From positions 2,480,001 to 2,544,000 of the forward strand of contig CM035355.1 of the NCBI GenBank assembly GCA_020137815.1: a DNA stretch of 64,000 nt. The letters are read 5' to 3'. This document shows, piece after piece, positions 42,257 to 61,591 of this stretch. The notes under the pieces are model-generated. The model was not told the DNA's origin. It did no database searches and saw only the letters and a list, made by a program, of their open reading frames with translations. The translations under genes were made by a program, and so were the position numbers. The stretch comes from Hormiphora californensis (Eukaryota > Animalia > Ctenophora). Positions within the stretch are counted from its first letter, which is position 1. Each line of letters starts with the position of its first letter.

Positions 42257-45200
42257 ACACCCCTCCCTCAGTTTGTATTGCAGGAGTTACTGACCCAATC
42301 AAGAATGCGCTCCGAGTAGCCGGCGTGTTAATATGCTAATTGCATATGAGGGAAGAGATGAGGAAGTGAAGAAGTAGAGACATAGAGAGAATGTGGCTCC
42401 CGAGAGAGAAAAGGAGAGATAGAGACTATGGGTCATGAGAGAGAAAGGGAAGGATAGGTAAAGGTGGGGATGCAGAGGCATAGTGAGAAATAAAATAAAA
42501 TAGGAAAACAGTTAAAGCAGGTGTGCGATTCATACCGAGTTACTGTTACACGAACTGAGTTACACTCAATGAATCCTTTAAAGCGATGACGCGAGTCTCG
42601 ACACAAAGGACCACCAACACAAAGATGAGGTAATGATCTAACAGAAATTCAGCCCTAAAATATAGCTGGCAAAGCCCATGTAAATTTGAAAGGAGTCGAG
42701 AGGACAGTTTTGAAGTTAGCATGAAGAAAAGTAACTACTCTTCTTTGGAAGAAGTCTAGAAGAGAACATGAAGCTCTAATTTGTCGAGCCATCCAGGTAA
42801 GTGTGGTGTTAGGAAGCAGAAGTCCTAACTCTTTGAAGGAAGGACCGACGAAAAGAACTTTGAGAGAGGGATGGTGATTATTAAAAATATACAGGCAGGC
42901 GACTGAGAAATATGATATGTGTGAAGATAATGCGATGCTGTCATCAACACACGGCTGTTTAGACCTGGTGAGATAGAGAGAGAGGGAGGGAGGGAGAGAT
43001 TGCAGTCACAGGAAGCTTCGTGCAATAGACGCATATTTCGTCACAAGGAAGCTCACTCGGTGTAAACGTTACATTGTGTCCTGACTCATGGAATAGTGCT
43101 GGCTCTTTGAATAGTCATAAGGATTCCAGACTTTAGATACATTCACCAAAAACGAAAGTTAGATCACTTTTGAAATGATATGAGATACCAGACTTGACAA
43201 GGGTACCTAAATCCCGGAGACCAGATAGAATTCGCCTTAACAGTTGCCTTGCTCTGGGTAGGGTGCTGAAAGATGCTACTACTATAATAGACGATTAGTG
43301 ACTGTTAGGCGAGGTAAGGGGAAGATAGAAAATGAAGTGAGAGACGCCTAAAAAGAGACAACGTAGTGTGATGACGAGACTCATGAACAATTACGGAAGT
43401 TGTTTGATCAAGTGTCAAAAAGAAAAACATGCTTCTGAGTAACTTTACACTGTATCTCTTCTGTAAATTACAGTGATGAGTAAACTAATTTGAATTGACA
43501 GCCCTCACAGAACGGTTACCGGTGTAAGAAGTGAGGGTCGCGAAGCTAGTCAAAATTAGGAGACGTTTATTCCATCACCAAAACATGTGCAATGACACGT
43601 TGGTGTAAAATCTAGTGATGTGTAAATCTCAGATGAGGACTAATGTTGAATAGTGTGATTTCAAAACGAAAAATATATAAGGTCTAGCTCAGCAAGATAT
43701 GTGTTCTTACAGCAGCTTTTCCGACAGTGATCCCTCAACTCCACCCAACCCTGTCAGGCTAATGCTCTGACAGATCTAACCCAAAAGACTGTAGTCTGTA
43801 CCTAAACCAAATGAGACTGAGACTCTAGGTCACCCAAGATACCAATGTAAGACTGAGACTGAGAAAGGGGATGATGTGCCAGATGAATGAACACACACAT
43901 GTGACATCCGATCTAATAAATCTACACCATGTGACCATGTCTGTGTTGTGATCATGTTACACCTTGCTAGTGTAGAAGTAAACCTCCAATATGAAGTTGT
44001 AGAGCGGCCACCTGGAGTAGGGTGACGTAGGTACTTATAAACCAATCTGGAGAATTCAGAGCACTACTAAAATAATGGAACTTCTACCGGCCCGATAATG
44101 AAACCCGTACCTCCCTGCAGCACACATATGGCCTGTTCGTATATGCATCCATCCAATAATCATTTTGAATTTGAACGAATTGACAGATACGTCAATTTAT
44201 ACGAAACGATATTATTTTAACCAAATATCATACAAGGGGTTCATTTTTGATTTTATTTTTTGCAAAGAAAAACCAACATCATATCATCTACATTTTTACA
44301 TTCATTTCTTACCGAGTTGATCACAGGTCATATTTCCTCCTTTTATACTTTTCTAACCACTGCCAAGAATGCAGTCAAGTAAACAACGGGTACCTGAAAT
44401 AGAGATAGAGAGAGAGAGAGAGCGAGAGAGAGAGAGAGAAAAAAAGCTAATGACAGGGGGCAGCTGTATGCATCGCTTGACCAACATAAGTTGTACTATA
44501 AATACACATGAATAAAGGTAGAGAATAAAAGATCTATCCTATCAGCCATATGAATGATATTGATTGAGTCATTTGTAGTTAATTCATTTCTTACTCTTTT
44601 TGATGGTTCTGATAGTGATTCGTGAGGAATACACCACTCTCTTCACCCCGGCCCCCAAGTATTTTCTAGTGTAATGGCAATAGCAGTTCAATTCCCCTAG
44701 GGAGGTCAGTTAACAACCATTTGGATACCCCCACATATGGCAACTATCATGTGATAGATGGTATTATTTTCCTGGCGACGAAATAATATTTCTGAAACGC
44801 CCTGTCTAATTATGTGAAGGAATTAATATTACAATTATCATATACAGGTATGCCGTCAGCCAGGCAGCTGAAACCACACTATTATTTAAGGAGCCATATC
44901 TTTTTTAAAACGTGCTTTATGTTTGGTCTGACGAAACCAATATTCGATATCAATACAGCGACTAATAGATGACTATGTGCCGTGTTCCAGTGTGTGTACC
45001 AAGTGTACTGTTAGTAGTAGGGATTTACCATCTGGCCCTTAGGAATAGGCGATACTTTCTCTTTCCCATATAATAGGCCGCGTATAAGCTCTATAAATAA
45101 GCTCCTCTCTGAAAAGTATTGAATATTCTTCCCTATATTGATCGTGATGGCACAATATGAAATTTTTTGACATGTTCCTTGCCTGTCAGCTCTCACACCG

Positions 45201-46545
45201 GGCCGAAGACAGTTTTAGATAAAGTGATTGTTAGCTCTATACTACTGAGTACTAATGAATTAGTAACTCTCTAGTACAGTAGAACAGCTGCCATAATGTT
45301 ACTTATTATCGGTCGGTAACTTATTTGTACTATATAACAAATGATAGCAATAACTATCACTCTTACCCTCCTGCTCCCTCCTAATCTCTTTCCCTGTCCC
45401 TCCATCCCCCTCTCCATCGCTACATTTCCTATCATTACCACGACCTCTTCTAGTAGTGTCTCTTTGAGACAAAAACACCTCTACACAACTGCACCTGGGA
45501 ACACAATCGGAGAGAGAGTTGTTACTGAACAAGGAGAGAGGGGACTGGGGGAGGGAGAGAGTATGAAACATAGGCTGGTGAGGGGGAGAGATAGTATGGC
45601 CAGTGAGAGATCGGTGGAGATTGAGTGAAGAGGGAGAGAGGGAGAAGGGAAAGAGAGGGGGATAGAGAAAAAGAAGACACAATACGCCGTGACGATCAGC
45701 TGCTAAAGTGTTTGAATCCTACTTTGTAATGGTGTGAATTATAGCACTAAATGGTGTAATATAGTGGGGACTGGGGATCATATTTTTTGAATATATGCAC
45801 ATTTTTAGAGTGCTCGATCTGAGACGTTGAGAAAGCTCAAGATGAGTTTTTACCTTTTTTTTTTGGACAGATGATTTTAAAATGGCCACCATATTGTGGC
45901 TGGGTGCAGGTGTTTTAAGAGAAACATGACATGAAGAGAGGAGAGAGATTAGTTGAAAAGAATGGAAGATCTAGAGTGATTTAGAATCGGGGTATCTAAA
46001 ATATAACTAAAAGGTGGTAGCTAAAAGGGAATACAGCTGTTATGTATCCAGCTGTTATAGTCACTGACAACAGAAATACAGCTGTATTCTCTTGGTGACG
46101 TAGAAACAGTGACGTAAACAGTGTACCTTATAATAGTGACGTGTCAGTATACACCCTGTCCCTATTTTGATGTGGCGGTATTTGATTTGGTAGTAGACGG
46201 GTTGCCATTGGTCACCCTTCTGAGACACTTCTAGTCAGATAGCTAGATAGAGGGGGTACTGCAGGTGTGTGCTAAACCGGCCTATTATACGCGACAGACC
46301 CATGATTTGGTGGATTCTCAGTGAGAATTCCTCACCCGCCGGTGTTATAATACATGTTACTGCTACTCGCTTTTCAATTTGTGTCACACTTTACTCCGGC
46401 TAAATGTTCAGTATAAAATAGTTCACATACCGTGGCCAACTGCTGCAGTTGATGTAGCCTGATTTCTTGGGAATTAATGACAGTTGAACCTATCTTTTGT
46501 TGTTCTAGAACCACCTGTTTTCCCTGCAATTATAAAGAGATTATT

Positions 46546-46547
<2 letters not shown>

Positions 46548-46612
<65 letters not shown>
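46548..46612. repeat. (GA)n microsatellite
   Basis: Direct reading of the sequence. Confidence 0.95.
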
Positions 46613-46620
<8 letters not shown>

Positions 46621-47563
46621 CTGCAGGTGCAAAACAATGGTACCACGCGGCCCCTTCCTAATTTTCTACAGGGCTACTTCTACAATCTACAGATAGGACT
46701 GGGACCCTTTCCATCTGTCAGAGGGATGGCCTACCTACTTCATTCTTTTCCTTGCTCGACCCTCGTTCTACTAGAACATTCTATACTTTATCCATTATTA
46801 GCTTGTTCGCAGCTTGATTTTGATTGAGCAATAGATAGAGCAACTATGGACGCGCGTCAGGCGTCTGTTCGATCCGGGCCCTCGGTCCCTGATTGGTCAG
46901 ATTTTATTTGCGATAATTAGCTTGTAGCCATGTTGAGTAAGGGGCGGGTCACACCTTGTCCAACAAGCTGCTGCTGACGCATAAATGGAGCTCCCTCAAA
47001 GTTATTATATTAGATTGAAACCTCCCAGAGCTAGGAAACTTTCATTTACAAGGATCCACCTTGTTGTAAATTAGAATTCCCTTCGGGGCGTTCCCACCTT
47101 GTTGTAAATTAGAATTCCCTTCGGGGCGTTCCCACTTTCCAGCGGCTGTTATATATTTTAATATTATTTGCGTGTGTGTTATAGATTTCTGTAGCAAATA
47201 CCGCACTCTCTGTCTTGAGACCATGCGTGTGTGATTTGTATTGATTTTCTCAACTAGAGTATTGAGAATTTTGTCTGTGATTTCAGTCACCAGATGTGTT
47301 GTAGTGCTTTAGGTATTTTAGTATTTAGCTCGAATAGATGGCTTTTTGTTGCACTAAATACTTAATCGATAGGGCTTTACAGTATGTTTACCGCTACCAG
47401 CTGTTGGTCCCAGTCCTTTACCATCTCACTAGACTAGGGTACGTTTAGTAAACGGTTTACCAGCATTTCAACTGTTTTCCCCTTCCCAATTATGTAGAAA
47501 CACATGATGATCACTCTCTCGTTATGACCCGACTTACAACCTGACTGAAGAAGACCATTAAGG

Positions 47564-50242
47564 ATGGGCTTTCTGAAGGACATATCAACCTTCAATATTA
47601 CAGTAAGATAATAAGATATAATGACCCCCCCTCCCGCCCTTCATAATACCCCTTTAATTCCTGCGCTATTTAACATGTCAAAATCGTCACTACCATAATT
47701 CTCACCTTGTGTCAAAAAGCCGCTATTTTTCTTACCTTCATGACAAAAATAACACATCTTAGCCCAATATTATCCTTCAACATGATGAGGCAAACCAAAA
47801 AGTGCTATTTAGAACCCTAGAACTATCATAAATATACCCTCCGTCCCAAATGCTACATTCATAATCCAAGTCCAACTTCCTCCCCTACAAAAACACCCTG
47901 TCAGGGCAATGACTGACCGCTCTCATCGCACGAGCGTCAGTGCTATACCTGGCACTTCCCAGTTCCCCTTATAAACAGTCACAATTCCCCGTCAGTTGGA
48001 GAAGGGCTGCCAAGAGAACTATACTGCAGAGGACCACACCTATGATATAATCCAGGGTGGGGTGTTCACCTTTATCAGTGCATGGGCCATAGCACTAAAC
48101 ATTATCATGTCCCGGGTCTACAGGGCCAAGGGGTTCGAGAAGGCAACGTGAGTAGAATGGCCATTAATGGACGTTAAACCACTAACCACTTCACTAACCA
48201 CTGCCACTTCACTAACCACTACTATACTGCTCAACGCTGTTTTAACTTCATCGCATCATACTCAATATTCCACATCACAACATAAAAAATACTGCCCACA
48301 TGTGTGATAATTTATCATCTAGAATATTGTTGCATTCGTAGATCTGTGTTTCAGGAACAGAATCATGTATTGTATCACCCTGACCGATGTATTGGGTGGA
48401 TTTGTGGGACTCTACATTGGACTCTATTTCATCGTCTCAGAACGGTGCTGGTTCGATCTCTGGTGAGTGACGTGTACGTGTTTTTTAAAGTCCCCCTGAT
48501 ATATAGGTATGTTAGTCTAGGGGGGGGGGGCATTTTTATTTCCTCTGGCCTATTCAAATCTCAGCTTACTTGACACCTCCCCTGTCTACCACACAGGATT
48601 ATTGATGATATCCTGTGTGGACTGTGGCCGATGTTGTGGCTGACCTGTACATTTGCTACCTGTATCCTCGTTTCCTACATCAGTATTGCCCGTTATGTGG
48701 CCGTACTTCATCCCTTGAAATTCCAATCTCTGTAAGTCACGGTTCCTAGATCGAATAAACATCCATGACCTCATTCCTGCTTTTAACCCCCATTTTCCCA
48801 AGGTTTTACCCTTTTGACCCCTATTTTCTATCAGGTTCAGAGTAGAGAACGTGATGCCATGTCTGTTTCTTGTCGGGGTCCTGGCTGTGTGTGCTGCCCT
48901 CTATCCCCTGGTATTCGTGAGCTTCTACAAGGCCCCCAGTCAGGCACTTTGTGCTTTCAATCTTATGTCGGTAAGGGTCCGTTTGTTTTGTTTGTTTGTT
49001 TGTTTGTTTGTTTGTTTGTTTGTTTGTTTGTTTGTTTGTTTGTTTGTTTGTTTGTTTGTTTGTTTGTTTGTTTGTTTGTTTGTTTGTTTGTTTGTTTGTT
49101 TGTTTGTTTGTTTGTTTGTTTGTTTGTTAGACGTCTTAGAAACTTGACTGAATTAGGAATTCCTTTCTCTCTCGCCCTCCTTATGGGCAGTTTAAATGCT
49201 AAATAGGGTATTCAGTGACTCAAAGCGTCCTGCACCACCCCACTTACCACCAAATCTCTCTCCTTAACAGTTCAAGAAGTATCCCTACCACGTCTCGATC
49301 ATCTACAACTGGTTCTTTGACTTCTTTCCTCTTCTAACCTCCGTCCTTATCGTGACCTACACTAACGCCTCTGTCGTCTACTCTCTACTCAACAGAAAGC
49401 ATCATATAAACAAGCGGTTGGGAGCATTCTGGAACAAGGTCACCCCGGATTGGTGCCGTACCGAGGGGTGCGGGGATAGTTGTGCGTTTGTGTGCAAAAC
49501 GTGCTGTGTGTCACTCAAGTTGTGGGCGATAAAAACGGCAAAATCAACTAAGGAATGGTCGGTTGATTTTTCTAAACGCGCTGGAGAGTGCCTCAATAAA
49601 TATGCGGGGTGTGGTACATGGTATGGTAAGATTCTGTGGATATTCAGAGCATTGATAACACTTGTTATCTTCGTTGTAGTGTTTGTGTTCAAGTTCCTCT
49701 GGGGAATTCTCTCTCCCTTCCTGCCCAAGTGTAGATGTGGGTATTCTGTAAGGGTTGAGTTCATACCCAACCCACCCCCTCCACCACTCCCCCCAATACG
49801 ACCCGGAGAGAAACTCCTGAACGGTACAACCAAGACAATTCTGTGTCTCTCAGTTTTGTTTATACTCTGCTACGCTCAGCGGCTCTACCTCTACGGGCTA
49901 CTGGTTGCCTGGCCTAGGATTCCATTCCATAACCTTCTTACCCGGCATATGACACAGAGAACAGCGGATATTTTCTTCCGGGTATCGGACTATTGTATCG
50001 CCCTGAATTCCTTCTTCAACCCTCTAATCTACATGGCTTTCTCGGGGAAACTTCGTGCTAGGTTCCTAACCCTGGGGAGTAAGGAAAAGGTAGCCCCGTG
50101 GGTGGTTGGGGAACAGGGGACTGTGTTTAGGAACTCTCCACTAATGACAAGGGTGCTAGGGGTGAGCCCTGCTAGCACACCTGTTGAGGGAAGCAGGGAT
50201 GCGAGCCCTGGACCTAGCAATGAGAATCAGTCCAGTTTGTGA
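47564..50242 (+). CDS. Orphan rhodopsin-like (class A) GPCR, 6 exons, ~513 aa
   Basis: Exons 47564-47602, 47996-48147, 48355-48462, 48597-48731, 48835-48970, 49271-50242 join in frame. N-terminal NIT/NYT sequons, TM1 ALN, TM2 LTD, TM3 SIARYVAVLHPLKF, TM5 FFP...Y, TM6 LFILCYAQ, TM7 LNSFFNPLIY. Confidence 0.88.
48981..49128. repeat. (GTTT)n microsatellite in GPCR intron 5
   Basis: Direct reading of the sequence. Confidence 0.95.
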
Positions 50243-51428
50243 GAGAGGCTGATCTACCCAATCTGAGGAGTGCCATGTTTACAAAGACATGTGAAAACTT
50301 GTAAACACGACAGTGATATTCGACTCATTTTCAGTCTGGAGATGAGTTCTCGACAACTGGCAGATCTGAAGACTTCAGATATGTCGATATAACTTTCAGG
50401 GTCGAACAAGGCATGTTGATATGACTTTCTACTGAGAAGAATGGCCCTCTTCTCAAAAACCGGTGAAGAACCGAACAAAAGCTAACTATTCTGTGATATA
50501 TTCTTTTTGATTGTAACATTATCTTTTCTTAACTTCGCTTCATTAATTTTAAAACTGTTTTGTTTAATGTGTAGTCCAAGAAAAGGTCCTATCGGAGAGT
50601 TGGGCACGTCGCACCCCTCATGTTCGCGTGCCCAAAGGGCGATCCACTCTACGGGATTGGTCGCTACGCGACCAAATCGGAGGGGGGAGGGTCGCTCTTA
50701 CAGTCTGTTCTAAACCAAAGCTCCCATAGCTACCTGATTCATTGCATTCGTAGCACTGTGTCTAGCCTTCCAGTTCCCAATCCAACGTCCACTGTAAATG
50801 TAACAAAGACTGAAAAGAGAGAATGGATGTGAGCGGATTGACACTGCAAGCGCATAATACAACAAGTGTACAAGGAAAGTGATTGGCAACCTTTGCGCTT
50901 GCCAGTGCAGTGATAGTATGTATACACGTACGAAACTGATTACATAGCTACCTGCCATGCTTTCCAATTCCATCATATCGCATGACGTCATTCCACTTCT
51001 TCATTGTCCAATGACTGGTAATCTGACATCGCTATTGCACCACTCATGAAATACCAATCCACCAGACTTTAGCAGTGCAGTCGTGGTTCTTCTGAAAATA
51101 CAACGCTAACTCGACCCACAGAACTTTATTTGCTACTTGTGAAACAGGAGGACGGTCGCTAAAAATAAGAGGAATTTGTCGAAAAAGAGGAATTACCGAC
51201 CGTCCCTGAACTCTGAAATGAATTAAAAACAGCGGAACTTTTTAATTTGAACAATTGAACAGAAATATTACACGTTCACTGAACGATAGAACATATAGAG
51301 CGAGAGTTCTATTTTGAAAAACAATATATATATAGTAACACCATGCGATAGTGTCACAATACCCACAATAATAGTCTCTCCCTTCCCACCACCACTCTAA
51401 CACTAACTGGGGAACCGGCCCCTCCTCA

Positions 51429-57962
<6,534 letters not shown>

Positions 57963-58475
57963 GGTTCTGTCTTTGCTAGAAATAGAAAACACGTTAGAAA
58001 TCAGTCACTAGTACACGCCATTGGGACAACAACAAACTTAAATGAAGTGGAAAATAAAAACAATAACACAGTATATAATACACATGTTCGATTGATAGAC
58101 TATTGCAATGATTGAGGACCTAGTAAGCGGCGGGGTTACTTGAGGTAAGAAGAGGCCTGGCGTGAAGAGGTGAACCTAAGGTTTTTGAAGTAAAGGGTGC
58201 TAAACGATCTGGGTGCCTATAAGCCTCTTCAGTGTTCACAGGTGTATTATGCACCGTGCATACTACCATTTACCAAAAAGAGTTCACTTAGACTTTTTCA
58301 AATGATTCAGCGTTTCTTATTGTATTTAACAGTTTATACAACAAAAAATTCTACAAATAAGATATGATAAGAGCAACATTTGTATAAAAATATAAGAAAC
58401 TAAACACGATCAGATTTCAAGAGTCCAACAAAAGCAGATTCAGATTACATTGTTTTCAGTTAATTAGATAGCGCC

Positions 58476-59648
58476 TCAGTTAGGACTGTATGCAGGGGGT
58501 GCACTCGGTTGTTGGATAGGAACAACAGTAGAGACTGGTACCACAATTGGAGTTGCGAATAAAGTACGACGGCTATAACAGCACTTTGCTCTTACAGACG
58601 CAATGATTATTGCAGCAATAAGAATAACAAACAGGCAGGTTATTATACCAGACATTCCGGCGGGTATCTGATCATACCTATACGGGTTTGCCATTCTCCG
58701 ATATCGGTAATCTTGCTCGTACACAGCGTCTTCTTTTGCTTGAGTTAGGGAAAAATAACCCTTCCAATATGAATCGTAGTTACTTTCGAGGCAATAAAAC
58801 ACCACAGTGTCCAATTCATCTGCTTCGCAGGACACGTCAGTGAACTTGATAACTGAAAATCCGTACACAGAGTCAGAAGAGGTAGCCTCGGAAAAATTGA
58901 AACAGTGATAAAAATCCTGTGTCTGCAGATCCTCCAAATTAACTAGGGAACTATCTTCGCATGCATTTTTTCTGTCGTTGTAGTATGCAGGACAATCGTC
59001 AGTAGCAACCCTAGCCTTCCAAACTGGCGGACCGCCATAGGTGATGCACTGGGCATAAATAGTGGAGGGCCTAAACACTTCACTGGAACGCTTGGAGTAA
59101 ATTCCAGTCGTATTGCTATTTTCTGTAGCTGAATCAGTTTCAGAGAGCGTGACGTTCTTCACCAAGTCCAATTCATATCGACGATAATAATAATTAGTAG
59201 GATCAGGATCGGTATAGTTACAGGTATAAACCCCCAAATCCTCGGCAGTCACTCCGGTAATTGTTACAACGCTGTTCAAATACACTATCGCCTCTGGTAT
59301 AAAATTACTGTCACTGTACCTGTAAGTTTCCCTGTTGAATTCTAGCATCGTTTTTAAGCCAACTTTTTCTGCTGTTGCAGCAGCATCCGATGTCAAAGCA
59401 GCAAAACCAGCCGAATAAAACTGGCTAATTTGAACACGGGATGAGTTCTGAAGAGGCTCCCCTTCAAATTTCCAAGTTATTCCACAGGTGTCTTCGTGAC
59501 AATCGGTACTGTCGTAATCTGAAAAGTAGAGAACAGAACATCGAATTTCCACGTCTTTTCCGAGTGTCGCAGAAATATTCGGAAACACGGCAATTTCATC
59601 TGTTTTCGACATGTAAACCAAGGAGAGGGAGAGAAGTAGCAGAATCAT
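58476..59648 (-). CDS. Intronless type I membrane protein with Ig-like domain(s), ~390 aa
   Basis: Kozak-like ACCGCCATG at 59648; signal peptide MILLLLSLSLVYM; Ig motifs GKDVEIRC, ITWKFEG, EDLGVYTC; probable second Ig-like domain; TM GIITCLFVILIAAIIIASV; tail ends QQPSAPPAYSPN*. Confidence 0.85.
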   Translation of the reverse strand: MILLLLSLSLVYMSKTDEIAVFPNISATLGKDVEIRCSVLYFSDYDSTDCHEDTCGITWKFEGEPLQNSSRVQISQFYSAGFAALTSDAAATAEKVGLKTMLEFNRETYRYSDSNFIPEAIVYLNSVVTITGVTAEDLGVYTCNYTDPDPTNYYYRRYELDLVKNVTLSETDSATENSNTTGIYSKRSSEVFRPSTIYAQCITYGGPPVWKARVATDDCPAYYNDRKNACEDSSLVNLEDLQTQDFYHCFNFSEATSSDSVYGFSVIKFTDVSCEADELDTVVFYCLESNYDSYWKGYFSLTQAKEDAVYEQDYRYRRMANPYRYDQIPAGMSGIITCLFVILIAAIIIASVRAKCCYSRRTLFATPIVVPVSTVVPIQQPSAPPAYSPN

Positions 59649-59811
59649 GGCGGTAGGTACTTTCAAAAAAGTTTAATCAGGTGACACAGAAGCAGTGAAC
59701 ACTGTGCACATACTATGGAGAAATACATGTTGTTGAGAAATCAAAACAGAAAAATATTTTCAACTGTTTAGTTATGCTTGGTGATGCAGTCACCCTTACA
59801 ACCCCTGCGTG

Positions 59812-60514
59812 CAGTGGTGGCCCCAGCCTGGGGTGGTGGGGGGGTGGCCACCCCCCCCAAACATTTTCAGATAGGGGTTGTCGGGGGCGGTAAAATGGTT
59901 GCAAAATGTGTTCTAAATAGCTTGAAATTCGTCAAAAATCAAAATTTTCCGGGGGCTTCGCCCCCATACCAACACCAATAGCTGACAATCGATATTATAT
60001 CGGTCTAAATTGCTTAAAATTCATAAAAATTACAATTTTCCTGGGGCTTCGCCACTTTCCATCATAACGAGGGCTAAATATGGTTGAAGATTTTTCTTAA
60101 ATGGCTGAAAACTGTCCAAAAATTTGATTGAGATTGCATAAATTCATCAAAAATCTAAAATTTTCCGGGGGCTTCGCCCCCTAACACACACCAATGGCTG
60201 AAAATCGTTATTCTATTGTTCTAAATTGCTTAAAATTCATCAAACTTAAAATTTTTCGGTCGCTAAAAGTCTTGAATGGCTGAAAATTGTTCAAAAAGTG
60301 GTTCTAGATTGCTCAAAATTCATCAAAAATCTAAAAATTTTCCGGGGGCTCCGCCCCCTAGCCCCCGCCAAGGGCTCTGCCCCTGGACCCCGTTGGGGGG
60401 CTGCGCCCCCCAAACCCCCTGCCGCAGCTCCCTCGGCGCCGCTTCGCGGCACCTCGGTCACTTGGTTTCGGGATTGACCACCCCCCCAAAATATCCGTGC
60501 TGGGGCCACCCCTG
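59812..60514. mobile_element. Non-autonomous hAT element
   Basis: TIRs CAGTGGTGGCCCCAGC / GCTGGGGCCACCCCTG; exact 8-bp TSD CCTGCGTG; internal GGGGGCTTCGCCCCC hairpin repeats. Confidence 0.9.
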
Positions 60515-61078
60515 CCTGCGTGTAGTACGGCAAAAAGAGGCCCGGAAGAGAGAGGTGACTGCGCCACCAAGGGTTATGCATGGGGTTTGATTGGTATAGT
60601 TTTCTTTCTGTTCCCACAGAGAGCGATTAATCATGCCCTGAGCTACACGAATCTCAGTCAGGTTCGGAAATAGCTAACAACCACTGCGTGATGCGTCGTG
60701 GACCTTGGGGCTTGGTTATAGCCCTCTCATAAACCTTCTGGAGGAATTTCTCCAATTGAACACCCATATCGCCAAAGTTGCTCAAAACGAGAGGGGTAAT
60801 ATTTCACTTTCCACCTCTCGCGATCAGAACATGGTTGCCTAATGCCCTGAAGCATTAGTCAGACTTCTCCACGCAAGTCGCAACGTAGACGATTTTAGTA
60901 AACTAAACGGTATCTAACCGATAACCCTAAACGTGACGCTAACCAGACAGGGCAGCCGCCAGCCCCCGGGCCCCTTTCAGTGGGCAAGGTGCAGGTCTTT
61001 ACTCTTTCTGTTTGAGAAAAAAGAAAGAAAAAGAAGGCCAGCCATCTGGATGTTTTGGGAGTGCTGACAAACGGTTTT

Positions 61079-61136
61079 TTAGGGTTAGGGCTAAAGTAGG
61101 GTTAGGGTTAGGGTTGGGGTTTGGGTTGGGGTTAGG
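61079..61136 (+). repeat. Short degenerate interstitial (TTAGGG)n tract
   Basis: ttagggttagggctaaagtagggttagggttagggttggggtttgggttggggttagg. Confidence 0.7.
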
Positions 61137-61251
61137 CCTTGACATTCCCTACCAGATAAAATTTGAATCAGCCAAAACTTGATGAAATAAACTTTATTAC
61201 ATAAAACATAACTGGTGTCAGTCTTTTTTAAACATCCCCCTTTAGCCCGAA

Positions 61252-61557
61252 CAGGGGCGGCTCTGCCATGCGGACGATGCGGACGCGTCCGCATTTTTAC
61301 TTTGGATCACGGAGAGAAAAAGAAAAATTCAAGGAAAAGAGTGAATTTTTCTCAAAATTTGACGTTTCAAATGAGATTTTTAGTGAAATCCGCGCGCCAC
61401 ACAGGTTTTTTTGCCGTCGCAGTATTTTTTGATCGGCGCGCTACGTCAAAATAGCCAATGCGGACCATCCGCATTGGGTATTTCGACGGAACGCGCGAGT
61501 TAAAAATGTTTCGGCCGCATTTTGACTAGAGCGGCTGAAAGCCGCGCACCGCCCCTG
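61252..61557. mobile_element. hAT MITE
   Basis: TIRs CAGGGGCGG / CCGCCCCTG; exact 8-bp TSD AGCCCGAA. Confidence 0.88.
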
Positions 61558-61591
61558 AGCCCGAACCAAAAACGGTTGAGTGGTTTGGCGG

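Noticed and set aside
42300-47000. Scattered short ORFs and GTAAGT-like sites between the CAP and GPCR genes
   Set aside because: No consistent exon chain or protein motif; left unannotated, though a non-coding or poorly conserved gene is not excluded.
47057-47135. 38-bp direct repeat with a small hairpin, of CRISPR-repeat size
   Set aside because: Only two adjacent copies and no spacer; a simple tandem duplication.
61079-61136. TTAGGG tract as a telomere or fusion scar
   Set aside because: Under 60 bp, degenerate and embedded among transposon remnants.
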